Shown here: one piece after another, positions 42,032-52,026 of the stretch | Layout: each line of letters starts with the position of its first letter | How positions within the stretch are numbered: the stretch's first letter is position 1 | NCBI GenBank assembly: GCA_052279835.1 | Contig: CP181291.1 | Span: 5,920,001 to 5,984,000 of the forward strand | Length of the DNA stretch: 64,000 bases | Direction: 5' to 3' | Source: Microcoleus sp. | GTDB taxonomy: Bacteria > Cyanobacteriota > Cyanobacteriia > Cyanobacteriales > Microcoleaceae | Program-made: the position numbers and the translations under genes | Notes under the pieces: generated by a model | What the model saw: only the letters and a program-made list of their open reading frames with translations | Told to the model about the DNA's origin: nothing | Databases searched by the model: none

Positions 42032-42655
42032 ATGATTAGCTATCTCAAAGGCACTGTCGCCGACATCACCAAAGGCAGTAACCGCCTCATCCTGACTCTC
42101 GAAGTCAATCAAATTGGCTATGAAATCCAAATTTTGCCCCGCGTGACTGGTCAATTACCTCCCTCCGGGGAAATTGCCCAAATCTTTACTCATCAACAAG
42201 TTAAAGAAGACCAAATCGTGTTATACGGTTTTGGTAGTGCCACCGAACGAGATTTATTTCGACTGTTAACCAGTGTGAGTGGGGTGGGTGCTCAACTGGC
42301 GATCGCACTTTTAGATACCCTAGGATTGCCAGATTTAGTCCAAGCCATCGTCGGCGGCAATACCCGCATCCTCGCCAAAACCCCAGGCGTCGGCACCAAA
42401 ACTGCAGAACGTTTAGCCCTGGAACTTAAAAGTAAACTTTCGGAATGGCGACAACAGGAAGGTTTGACCACCTCAGTCGCTGCCGGAGTACCTGCGGCTA
42501 TTCAAGAAGAAGTGGAAATGGTGTTGCTGGCGATGGGTTACACCGCGGCCGAAGTCTTGCAAGCGCTGCAAACCCTGAGTCAGGATAGTAATTTAGCAAA
42601 AAAAAGTAATGCCGATGATTGGATCAAAGAGGCCATTACTTATTTGAGCCGATAA
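42032..42655 (+). CDS. ruvA: Holliday junction branch migration protein RuvA
   Basis: MISYLKG, LYGF, SVSGVG, TPGVGTKTAERLALELK. Confidence 0.97.
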   Translation: MISYLKGTVADITKGSNRLILTLEVNQIGYEIQILPRVTGQLPPSGEIAQIFTHQQVKEDQIVLYGFGSATERDLFRLLTSVSGVGAQLAIALLDTLGLPDLVQAIVGGNTRILAKTPGVGTKTAERLALELKSKLSEWRQQEGLTTSVAAGVPAAIQEEVEMVLLAMGYTAAEVLQALQTLSQDSNLAKKSNADDWIKEAITYLSR

Positions 42656-42661
42656 ATCTCA

Positions 42662-42728
42662 AGAAACCGGGTTTTTCATCAGTATTTAAGACTGGACGTG
42701 CAGTATTTTCGGAAAAAACCCGGTTTCT
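42662..42728. repeat. Intergenic inverted repeat AGAAACCGGGTTTTT...AAAAACCCGGTTTCT
   Basis: 15-bp perfect arms after ruvA. Confidence 0.8.
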
Positions 42729-42836
42729 GCCTCGATGGCTAATCTCGCAAGTGCGATCGCAAATTTGATCGTTTGTGGTTCCCCTGTGATATAATCAGGG
42801 ATTGTGAGATAGTACAAAAAAACCTAAAATCAATTC

Positions 42837-43106
42837 ATGGCTCTTACACAACAACGCAAGCAAGAAATCATGGGCGACTACCAAACCCATGAAACCGATA
42901 CCGGATCGCCAGATGTTCAAGTCGCAATGCTGACCGATCGCATCAGCAAACTCAGCGCCCACCTCAAAATCAACCAAAAAGACTTCGCTTCTCGCCGTGG
43001 TTTGATGATGATGATCGGCCGCCGCAAGCGCCTGCTGGCTTACCTGCAAAAGGAAAATGTCGAGCGCTACAAAGCATTGATTGCCCGTCTAGGCATCCGC
43101 GGCTAA
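42837..43106 (+). CDS. rpsO: 30S ribosomal protein S15
   Basis: HETDTGSPDVQVAMLT, SRRGL, RRKRLLAYL. Confidence 0.98.
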   Translation: MALTQQRKQEIMGDYQTHETDTGSPDVQVAMLTDRISKLSAHLKINQKDFASRRGLMMMIGRRKRLLAYLQKENVERYKALIARLGIRG

Positions 43107-43352
43107 ACACCAAAGCCCAAATTTGCGACAATATTCATTAGTCATCTCAATAAAAATCAGTTAAGGGCTGGTGAAATGCCTACCCCACAAGAGTTTTGGG
43201 AGATGCCTATTGAATAAATGTCCGAATAAATGTCTAAAATGCCCCGTGGAAAATATAGAAACCACCAAGACGGTTAGGACGTTCTGAATCGCTGAAACTA
43301 TTACTATACATAGTTAGATTTCTCTTGTTCCTGATTCCTTCTGCTATAAAAT

Positions 43353-43829
43353 ATGTCCTCCGAACCACCCCGCCAGCGCCTCCCCTTTGAACCGGCAAAA
43401 AATCGTAAAAAAACCCCTAAAAAACCCGCCCAAGCGCAACAAACAAACGCAGCATTAGAACTAAATCCTGCCGATAAGCAGCCCAAAGCCAGCCAAACGA
43501 AAAAACAGGACCCATCTATCCCAGAAGTGGTCAGCAAGCGCATGATATCCCGCATAGCGGTATTTTGTGGCGTACCGACACTGTTGGGAATTTCGACATT
43601 TTTTGTCAGCTATTTGATAGTCAGCAAAGGCTTGTTTGATTTACCAAACACAGCAGTATTGTTAGTAAGTATGGGTTGTTTTGGTTTGGGTGTACTAGGA
43701 TTGAGTTACGGAGTCCTGTCGGCTTCCTGGGATGAAGAAATTTCAGGAAGCATTATGGGGTGGGAAGAATTTAAGACCAATTTTGGACGGATGCGAGAAG
43801 GATGGCGATCGGCTAAATCAAAAAATTAG
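43353..43829 (+). CDS. PAM68-family photosystem II assembly protein
   Basis: RLPFEP, IPEVVSKRM, GLSYGVLSASWD; follows rpsO. Confidence 0.92.
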   Translation: MSSEPPRQRLPFEPAKNRKKTPKKPAQAQQTNAALELNPADKQPKASQTKKQDPSIPEVVSKRMISRIAVFCGVPTLLGISTFFVSYLIVSKGLFDLPNTAVLLVSMGCFGLGVLGLSYGVLSASWDEEISGSIMGWEEFKTNFGRMREGWRSAKSKN

Positions 43830-43965
43830 TTATTAGTCATTAGTCATTAGTCAGTAGTCATTAGTCAGTAGTTAACAGTTAACAGTTAACAGTCAACCAG
43901 TTAACAGCCAACAGTCAATCCGTGTCATAATCCGTGTTTAGCCCAAGAGAGAAGGCCAAAGAAAT

Positions 43966-45024
43966 ATGATTATTGTAATGAAAGCCGGTACTCCAGAAGC
44001 CGAGATCGATCGCCTAGACGAAGAACTCCGCACTAACTGGGGTTTGTCCCCAGAAAAAATAGTGGGACGCTACAAAGTTGTCATCGGTTTAGTAGGTGAC
44101 ACCGCTGAGCTCGAACCGATGCAGCTTCGGGAAATGAGCACCTCGATTGAGGAAGTATTGCGAGTGGAAAAACCCTACAAGCGGGCTTGCTTGGAGTATC
44201 GCCAAGGAGAACCAAGCGCCGTTGAAGTGGCTACTCCCCTAGGAACTGTGACGATCGGCTTGAATCACCCGATCGCGATCGTAGCAGGCCCTTGTTCCGT
44301 CGAAAACGAAGAAATGATTGTCGAAACCGCAATGCGGGTTAAAGCTGCGGGCGCTCATTTTCTGCGTGGTGGAGCTTACAAACCCAGAACTTCTCCCTAT
44401 GCTTTCCAAGGACACGGCGAGAGTGCTTTGGGGCTGTTAGCCGCGGCGCGGGAAGCTAGCGGTTTGGGAATTATTACCGAAGTTATGGATGCAGCGGACT
44501 TAAGTGCGATCGTGGAAGTAGCCGATGTAGTTCAAGTCGGGGCCAGAAATATGCAGAATTTCTCCCTATTGAAAAAAGTCGGAGCACAAGACAAACCAGT
44601 TTTGTTGAAGCGTGGGATTTCTGCAACTATTGAAGAATGGTTGATGGCTGCTGAGTATATCATGGCAGCGGGCAATCCCAACGTGATTTTGTGCGAGCGC
44701 GGCATTCGCGGCTATGACCGGCAATATACGCGAAATACGCTAGATTTGTCTGCGGTTCCTGTGTTGCGAACTCTGACTCACTTACCAATTATGGTTGACC
44801 CTAGTCATGGCACCGGTTGGGCCCAGTTTGTTCCTTCCATGGCCTTTGCTTCCATCGCCTCTGGTACTGATTCCCTGATGATTGAAGTGCACCCGAATCC
44901 CAAAAAAGCCTTGTCTGATGGGCCACAATCTTTGACACCGGATCAGTTCGACAAGTTGATGGAAGAATTGGCGGTAATTGGTAAAGTCATGAAACGTTGG
45001 CCGCAAGTACCTGCTTTAGTGTAG
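43966..45024 (+). CDS. aroF: 3-deoxy-7-phosphoheptulonate (DAHP) synthase, type I-beta
   Basis: AGPCSVE, GGAYKPRTSPY, GARNMQNF, LCERGIR, DPSHGTG. Confidence 0.96.
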   Translation: MIIVMKAGTPEAEIDRLDEELRTNWGLSPEKIVGRYKVVIGLVGDTAELEPMQLREMSTSIEEVLRVEKPYKRACLEYRQGEPSAVEVATPLGTVTIGLNHPIAIVAGPCSVENEEMIVETAMRVKAAGAHFLRGGAYKPRTSPYAFQGHGESALGLLAAAREASGLGIITEVMDAADLSAIVEVADVVQVGARNMQNFSLLKKVGAQDKPVLLKRGISATIEEWLMAAEYIMAAGNPNVILCERGIRGYDRQYTRNTLDLSAVPVLRTLTHLPIMVDPSHGTGWAQFVPSMAFASIASGTDSLMIEVHPNPKKALSDGPQSLTPDQFDKLMEELAVIGKVMKRWPQVPALV

Positions 45025-45053
45025 GTTATTGGGTTAATAAGGGCGATCAGTTA

Positions 45054-45100
45054 AAAATCTAAAAACCCGGTTTCGTAGAGCGATCGGGTTTTTAGATTTT
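45054..45100 (+). terminator. Long inverted repeat after aroF, probable terminator
   Basis: AAAATCTAAAAACCCG...CGGGTTTTTAGATTTT. Confidence 0.6.
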
Positions 45101-45323
45101 GGAGTCAGGAATGTAGAGTTTTTAGTGCCATCCCAAACCGACAATCAACCCACAGAAACGGTTCGATCGCAATCTGGCGGTAACTCAGGGCGATACAATC
45201 GATTTTGCCGTGGGCTTCGGGAGGAACCAGAATTACTACCATGATACTACTGGACTCGCGGTGGCGATCGCGCTGACAATGCCTTAACAAACCGTCTCCA
45301 ACGTTTATAATCATAGGAACTAA

Positions 45324-46082
45324 GTGTCTCTGGCGGTTCCTCCGGTGATTTCCAAGCCTCTCTTGCAAAATTTGCCCAGCACTGCCGACCTGCCCTGTTC
45401 GGACGATACGCCCGTGGATAACGAAGACCAGAACCTGCTACCCAATTTGCTGCTGCTGTCATTGATTTACCTCTGGTCAGCGCGGATGGATTGGTACTTC
45501 GGCGTAGATATGGCGGTGTATCATACCACTGGGGTGAGTCCAAAAGTGCCCGTTGTTCCCGATGGTTTCCTGAGTTTGGGGGTAGAGCGCAAGAAGGGAG
45601 GAAAATCCCGGCGCAGCTATGCTACTTGGGAAGAAAACGAGGTGGTACCGATTTTTGTGTTGGAGATGGTGTCTCACCGTCCGGGAGGCGAATATGACGA
45701 AAAACTGGATCTCTACGCTCAGTTAGGCGTGCTTTATTACCTAATTTATAACCCGGAATTTTGGCAGCGCGATCGGCATCAACCGTTTGAATTGTACAAA
45801 CTCGAAAATGGCGTTTATCAACTACAAATTGGCGAACCTTACTGGATGCCGGAAGTGGGTTTGGGAATAGGGCGCTATCGGGGTTTGGTAGGTGGCTTGT
45901 CCCAGGAGATTTTAACCTGGTACGACGCAGCGGGCGATCGCGAACTAAGTCCTGAAGAGCGGGAAAGACAACGCACAGAGCAAGAGCGACAGGCGAAGGA
46001 GCAAGCGCAGCAACGTGTAGAACAATTAGAGGAAATGCTGCGATCGCAAGGTATCGATCCCGATCGATTATTGGATACATAG
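45324..46082 (+). CDS. Uma2 family endonuclease
   Basis: LPCSDDTPVDNEDQ, VPDGFLSLGV, EMVS, EYDEK, C-terminal ERQR coil and GIDP. Confidence 0.92.
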   Translation: MSLAVPPVISKPLLQNLPSTADLPCSDDTPVDNEDQNLLPNLLLLSLIYLWSARMDWYFGVDMAVYHTTGVSPKVPVVPDGFLSLGVERKKGGKSRRSYATWEENEVVPIFVLEMVSHRPGGEYDEKLDLYAQLGVLYYLIYNPEFWQRDRHQPFELYKLENGVYQLQIGEPYWMPEVGLGIGRYRGLVGGLSQEILTWYDAAGDRELSPEERERQRTEQERQAKEQAQQRVEQLEEMLRSQGIDPDRLLDT

Positions 46083-46282
46083 GATGGTAGCTCTTGTAGA
46101 GAGGGGTGAAAACTCCAATGTGCGAGAAATGGGGTAATAAATCGAGTTTTCAGTCTGGAATTCGAGCAACAATCGATCTGTGGTTATCGCACCTGATCCC
46201 AAGCAACATTTAGACAGAATTGCACCAGCTTATCGCTGCGATCGATCTCGGCTCTGTAATGTTCCTACTCAGAAACCAAGTG

Positions 46283-46371
46283 AGATAACCTTCCCAATCA
46301 CCCGCCGCAGATATCCTCGAACCTCCATGAGATAACCTTCCGACGCTCGGTGTCCATTGGGGCTGTTATGT
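46283..46371 (-). other. attC-like imperfect inverted repeat (89 bp)
   Basis: Minus strand ACATAAC-agCCCCAATggaCACCG...CGGGTG-ATTGGGaag-GTTATCT directly downstream of the 46425 gene. Confidence 0.4.
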
Positions 46372-46424
46372 GGCGATCCCTGCGATCAATGCTGTTTATC
46401 ACCTTTTCTATTTCCTGGACGGCT

Positions 46425-47942
46425 TTATTCAGGAACGCCAAGACGCTGATAAAGCTCTTCCTGCTTATCATACAAAAAAGAATCAGCAAAACTTCTGTTA
46501 GTTTGAGATATTAAATTTTCATGAACATCATTGAATGATTTATTTCGTAATTCATCTAAAACCTGAGCCAAGTTAAAACCAGCAGCAATATGAGGTTGTA
46601 GAGCTTCTAGCTCATCAATCGAAAGTATTTGCCAGTCAAGTCCAGTTACTCCTTCGGTTTCTAATAGGGCATTAATATGTTCTCGAAAGAACTCGCTATT
46701 AATCAGAAATAGTGGTTCCATTGAAACAAGAATTGGCTTAAATGTATTACAGTGGTGAAACTTCTGAAGCTCAGGAACTTTAGCCTGACAAGCAGATATG
46801 AAACTAGCAAGTTGCTTCAAACCTTTCTTTACTTGCGCTAGACTACTATTGACAGCATCTTCATTGGCTATTGCTTGTGCAGCTCTAGAAAAACGAGTTG
46901 CTTTACATTCAAATAAGAGAACTGTTGAGCCATCAATTATAATCCAATCTGGAGCTTTCCCTTTTTTAGCCGGATAGAAGTTTCGGATGTCTGACTCTGA
47001 TAATAACTGCTCCGACAACAAACATTTTTCCAATACAAGACCGAAATATCGCTCAAAAACAAAGCCGAAATATTCAGAAAATTCGGTGCCATATGTATTG
47101 TACATTTGATAAAAAATTCCAGTTGAAATTCTTGAAGCGACTAACTCAGGTACAGGTGCATGAATAAAATCCTTGCCCGGAGTAGAAAATTGCTTATTTT
47201 GGCAAGGTCTGATAATTGGATAGGAAAACAGAGGATTAAAATCATACATCCTGAAACGCTGATCTTGATTTTTTCGCTTCTCATATAGTTCAACCAATTT
47301 CGACTTATCTGCTGCCAGTTGATTAAGAACCGCTCTAAGAGATTGGTCGCTTACATTAATTCCCTGTTTTCGCATCTTTTTGAAGTAATCTTGACTGACG
47401 GTAAAATTCCCACGACATACAGAAAAGATTACAAAACCTATGGTTATAAAATCGATAACAGAAACACCAGTTATCGCCTGAAATTTGCTGTCAAAATCAA
47501 ATTCAGCAATACCACGAAGGTTTTTTAATTGTTGGGGAATTTCATGGAATAATAGTGCTGGGCGGGAGAATTCACTAAAAAGACCAGGTTTAAAAGGGAA
47601 TTGACTGCTGACAACTCTTAACAGCATAAAAACTGGATTTTCATAAATAAATTTATCATGCAAATCCTTGTCAAAAGTTATAGGATCAGCCAAGTATTAG
47701 TCATTAGAAATATTGACTAGGTTACGAAGATCGTATTTTTTTATTGATTAAGATATTTTACTGGGAGGACAAAATCTAATCACAAATAAAGCCACCCCTC
47801 CAATCATAAAAGGTTGCAATTCAGGATGGCTTTTTTTAAGTATATACAGTGAATGCAGAACATCTCCAAGTTTGAGATTTCCCAAAACAGATTCTATTTG
47901 TGATTCTCGATTTTTTAGTTCAGCTAGAGAGTTAATATTCAT
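46425..47942 (-). pseudogene. AT-rich gene with C-terminal PD-(D/E)xK nuclease-like motif, broken by two in-frame TAA stops
   Basis: ORFs 47748-47942 and 46425-47693 share a frame, separated by 18 codons containing a second TAA; motif APDWIIIDGSTVLLFECK. Confidence 0.75.
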
Positions 47943-48338
47943 AATTTACTTTCCTAATAAACATTTGGATCGAATATCCACCAAGTCACTTAGCGGTTTC
48001 CTCCACCTCAATTTTATTGGTGGCTTCTGCCTCATCGAGTCGATCGTATGTTTTTTCGGGTTGGTTATATTTTGCATTTTAACGCATTGTTTTTCAAACA
48101 TCCAATTAATTTTTTTCGCAAGGCTTTCAATAAATGTCAGCGGTTCAGAACGCCACAGCACTTAAAGCCTGCGGGGTTCTAGGCTTTACCAATCATTCAA
48201 GACTACGATCGCAACTTCACTCTTACTCTCAATACATCTCAAATCAGAAAATATTATTGCCAAGGAAACAACTCTATGGTATAATAGGAGATTGTGAATA
48301 TTAATCAAAAGTAAAGTAACCAGCCGGGAGAAATTAAA

Positions 48339-48476
48339 ATGACACAGCAAACTCTGCACGGAACCAGCCGTAAAAGAAAAAGAACCTCCGGTTTTCGCGC
48401 CAGAATGCGAACCGCAACTGGTCGATTGGTAATCAAGGCCCGTCGCAGCAAAGGTCGTCACCGCCTCGCAGTCTAG
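48339..48476 (+). CDS. rpmH: 50S ribosomal protein L34 (below the ORF track cut-off)
   Basis: [45 protein letters not shown]. Confidence 0.97.
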   Translation: MTQQTLHGTSRKRKRTSGFRARMRTATGRLVIKARRSKGRHRLAV

Positions 48477-48516
48477 CACTGCACTAAGGTTCACAGACCC
48501 GATCGCGCCCGTAGCC

Positions 48517-48903
48517 ATGTTGCCCGAAGCAAACCGACTCAAGCACCGAAAAGACTTCAGCGCCGTTTACCGCAAAGGAATGCGCCGCAATTCCGCTCAT
48601 CTGAGCTTAAGAGCTCTGCGGAAACCAAAAAGCGCCCTCAAGGCCCAACCGACAGCGGAAAAATCCTTCCAGCCCACTCGCACAGGCATTTCTATCAGCC
48701 TCAAAGTGAGCAAACGCGCTGTAGTCCGCAACCGGATTAAGCGCCAGATTCGCGCTGCTTTGCGACAATTATTGCCCCGATTAAAATTCGGTTGGGATTT
48801 AGTAATTGTGGTTCGCCCGATCGCACAAGAGTGCAATTATGCAGAAATTCTGCAAGAATTAGAGCAGTTGTTGGTAGAAGTCGAGGTACTAGATGGGAAT
48901 TAG
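48517..48903 (+). CDS. rnpA: Ribonuclease P protein component
   Basis: NRLK, KVSKRAVVRNRIKR; follows rpmH. Confidence 0.97.
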   Translation: MLPEANRLKHRKDFSAVYRKGMRRNSAHLSLRALRKPKSALKAQPTAEKSFQPTRTGISISLKVSKRAVVRNRIKRQIRAALRQLLPRLKFGWDLVIVVRPIAQECNYAEILQELEQLLVEVEVLDGN

Positions 48904-49285
48904 AGAGGAAGTATATTATGAAGGCGGCCCCGCGCCCGGTGACTTGATCGTTAACTTACTCCTGGCGCTGACTGTAGTGGGAATACCCCTAGCAGTCGGA
49001 GCAATTGTCCGAGCTCTATGGCTGCGGTATCGGATCACCAACCGTCGGGTGTCAGTCACTAGCGGTTGGATGGGTGGCGATCGCACAGATGTGATCTACT
49101 CAGATATAGTCAAGATTGTGACTGTACCACGAGGTTTTGGGACCTATGGAGACATGGTGCTGACTCTGAAAAATGGCAGTCGTTTGGAACTAAGATCCAT
49201 GCCGAAATTCCGCTCGGTATATGACTACATTAACGAAAAACTGCCCCCCGCCGCTCAAAAAACCAACGCCGCTCAAACTAAATAG
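48893..49285 (+). CDS. Bacterial PH domain-containing membrane protein
   Basis: MGIREEVYYEGGP, YRITNRR, GDMVLTL...LELRS; usual position between rnpA and yidC in cyanobacteria. Confidence 0.88.
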   Translation: MGIREEVYYEGGPAPGDLIVNLLLALTVVGIPLAVGAIVRALWLRYRITNRRVSVTSGWMGGDRTDVIYSDIVKIVTVPRGFGTYGDMVLTLKNGSRLELRSMPKFRSVYDYINEKLPPAAQKTNAAQTK

Positions 49286-49484
49286 CAGCTTTAGCCACTC
49301 TCAAAAAAAGGTTAAGTTAGTGCCAGGATTGGCAAACCCATTATCAAAAAAACCGCTAACGGGCGATCGATCGATAGCCAATGTCCTAAGATAGACAAAA
49401 GTCTAAAAGTTGAGTGGCCCGTATCCAGCGGTACCCAATATTTCTCAACAGTAAACATAGAGCACCTAAATTAACTCAAAGCGA

Positions 49485-50633
49485 ATGGATTTTGGTATCT
49501 CATTTCTCTCCAGCAACCTCATGCTGCCGATCCTAGATTTTTTCTACGGGATCGTGCCAAGCTATGGTTTAGCGATCGTAGCCCTGACGCTCGTGATTCG
49601 CTTTGCTCTTTATCCTCTCAATGCAGGCTCTCTTCGCAATATGCGGCGCATGAAAGTAGCGCAGCCGTTGATGAAAGAGCGAGTAGATCAAATTCAAAAA
49701 CTCTATAAAGACAATCCTGCTAAACAGCAGGAGGAAATGAGCAAAGTATACAAAGAATTTGGTAATCCTCTAGCAGGATGTTTCCCCTTATTGATCCAAA
49801 TGCCAGTGCTGTTTGCGCTGTTTGCCACACTCAGGGGTTCGCCGTTTTCTGACATAAATTACAGCGTAAACATCCAAGTCTTGCCAAAAGAACAAATGGA
49901 AGTTGTTCAACCGCAAGCCTTTGCGACACCACCGCAAAATATTTACGTGACAGGTACTTTTCACGCTCCCATTATTGGCGTAATTCCAGGCGGCGACAAA
50001 CTCGCAGTCGGCGACAAAACCAAAATTGAATTTCAAACCCCAGAGGGTAAACCTCTCAGCGCTGTAGCGACAGAAAACAAGAGCGAAACAGACTTTGTAC
50101 CCCGGTGGACAATCACCAAAGGCGAAGAACTGGCAAAGATAGACGAACAGGGCAACATCGTAGCCATAGCGCCCGGTGATGTCACAGTTCAAGGCACAAT
50201 CCCCGGATTGGCCACTAACAAAGGATTCCTGTTTATCGAAGCTCTAGGCCGCGTTGGTGCGATCGACCCTGATGGTACAATCCACTGGGATATTTTGGTC
50301 ATGATCCTCGGCTTTGGTATCAGCTTGTATATCAACCAAACCCTTTCGGGACAAGCCCAAGGACCAAACGACAACCCTCAACAGGCTACAGTTAACAAAC
50401 TCACACCTGTGATATTTTCGGGGATGTTTTTGTTCTTCCCGCTGCCTGCCGGCGTGTTGATGTATATGCTGATTGCTAACATTTTCCAGACAGTTCAATC
50501 GTTCATTTTGTCGCGAGAACCACTGCCGGAAAACCTACAAAAAATAGTGGATGAAGCAGAGGCGAAAACCAAAAAAGAACAGGGATTAGATGCGATTCCC
50601 TTTGAGCCTAAGCGTCCCAAGAAAAAAGCTTGA
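49485..50633 (+). CDS. yidC: Membrane protein insertase YidC
   Basis: [37 protein letters not shown]. Confidence 0.97.
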   Translation: MDFGISFLSSNLMLPILDFFYGIVPSYGLAIVALTLVIRFALYPLNAGSLRNMRRMKVAQPLMKERVDQIQKLYKDNPAKQQEEMSKVYKEFGNPLAGCFPLLIQMPVLFALFATLRGSPFSDINYSVNIQVLPKEQMEVVQPQAFATPPQNIYVTGTFHAPIIGVIPGGDKLAVGDKTKIEFQTPEGKPLSAVATENKSETDFVPRWTITKGEELAKIDEQGNIVAIAPGDVTVQGTIPGLATNKGFLFIEALGRVGAIDPDGTIHWDILVMILGFGISLYINQTLSGQAQGPNDNPQQATVNKLTPVIFSGMFLFFPLPAGVLMYMLIANIFQTVQSFILSREPLPENLQKIVDEAEAKTKKEQGLDAIPFEPKRPKKKA

Positions 50634-51115
50634 TGTTAACAATGAAAGACTCTCAAATGCAGCGCGGACAGCAATGGTTAGAAGAATTTCTAAAACTGTC
50701 CGCCATTCCATCAAAAGTGGTATGTGAACAACAAGCAGATTGCTATTGGATGACCATAGATGAAAGCAATCTGACTCCCGAACAAATTGCAATTTTGGTA
50801 GGACCAAACGGTGATGTACTAGATGCTATTCAGTACCTCTGCAACACGGTTGTAAATATAGCTCACGAAGCAGAAGATCCAATTGCTTATACAGTGGAAC
50901 TCAATGGCTATCGAATTCGTCGCCAAGAGGAACTGCGATCGATGGCAGAATACGCAGCACAGCAAGCCCGGATGACTGGAGTAGAAGTAGAACTGAAATC
51001 GCTCTCTTCGGCTGAACGCCGTCAAGTACACAGCTTTTTGAGTGAATCTGAGGATATAGAAACTTACAGTCAAGGACAAGAACCCGATCGGCGTTTGGTA
51101 GTGCGTCTGCGCTGA
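50633..51115 (+). CDS. jag: Jag/EloR-family KH-R3H RNA-binding protein
   Basis: LDAIQYL, ERRQVH (R3H), SQGQEPDRRLVV; start uncertain (50630-50642). Confidence 0.9.
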   Translation: MLTMKDSQMQRGQQWLEEFLKLSAIPSKVVCEQQADCYWMTIDESNLTPEQIAILVGPNGDVLDAIQYLCNTVVNIAHEAEDPIAYTVELNGYRIRRQEELRSMAEYAAQQARMTGVEVELKSLSSAERRQVHSFLSESEDIETYSQGQEPDRRLVVRLR

Positions 51116-51296
51116 GGGTAAGAAGAAGGAAGAAGTTACCCCCCCAAGGGCAGGGCTGTTTCATTCTGGTGACAAATCATCGTTTTGTAGGGGTAGTGGA
51201 TGGTGCGTGCCTACCCTCCCCGTCCTTTTCTATAATTCTTCAATATTCAATCTAAAATCTAAAATCTAAAATAGGCTGAGGTTCAGAAGGCTGAGG

Positions 51297-51815
51297 ATGA
51301 TGGAGACAATTTATATCCCTCGTCTACTCTCAAAATCAGAGCAGACAGAGGTAATTGAGTTTGATGAATTTATTCCCGATTTAGCATCTCTAACTCCTGT
51401 GCGAGGAAGATTGCAAGTGACTCACCAAGGAACTTATCTGGAGGTGAAGGCGAAAGCAGAAACCATTGTTACTCTCACTTGTCATAGATGTTTGAAACAG
51501 TACAATCACAGATTGGTGTTGAAATCATCGGAATTAATTTGGCTGGATAAAGATGCCGATCGCCCAGATACAAATCCGATAGAAATGAAAGTGGAGTTTG
51601 AAGATTTGGTGGAAACTTTGTCGCCAACGGGTTCTTTTTCTCCGAGTGCTTGGCTGTACGAGCAACTGTGTCTGGCAGAACCCCACAAACAAATATGTGA
51701 TGCTAAATGCGTGGGAATCGTTGTCAATGATGATGCCAATACAGAAAGTTCAGAAACTACTATATCTGATAGTCGTTGGGCATCTCTGGCGGCACTGAAA
51801 CGAAAATTGCCTTAG
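51297..51815 (+). CDS. YceD/DUF177 family protein
   Basis: CHRCL, WLYEQLCL, CxxxCxG, DSRWASL. Confidence 0.92.
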   Translation: MMETIYIPRLLSKSEQTEVIEFDEFIPDLASLTPVRGRLQVTHQGTYLEVKAKAETIVTLTCHRCLKQYNHRLVLKSSELIWLDKDADRPDTNPIEMKVEFEDLVETLSPTGSFSPSAWLYEQLCLAEPHKQICDAKCVGIVVNDDANTESSETTISDSRWASLAALKRKLP

Positions 51816-51843
51816 ATAAGAGCAGCAGCATAAGAGCAGCAGC

Positions 51844-52026
51844 AGTCGGCGGTTGAAACCGCGTCTACATAAACAAAGTCCGCCTCCGCGGACTAAGAAA
51901 GAAGAGCGATATTTCAGCATTAAAACAAATAAGAAATAAAAAATAACAAATAACAAATAACAAACAACCAATAACAAACAACCAATAACAAATAACAAAT
52001 AACAAATAACAAACAACCAATAACAA
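51844..52026. repeat. REP-like palindromic element followed by an (AACAAAT)n heptamer tract
   Basis: GCGGTTGAAACCGC and AGTCCGCCTCCGCGGACT hairpins, then about 12 heptamers. Confidence 0.8.

Noticed and set aside
48000..48340. oriC upstream of rpmH
   Set aside because: No dnaA and no DnaA-box cluster; the only perfect TTATCCACA I noticed is isolated at 13557-13565
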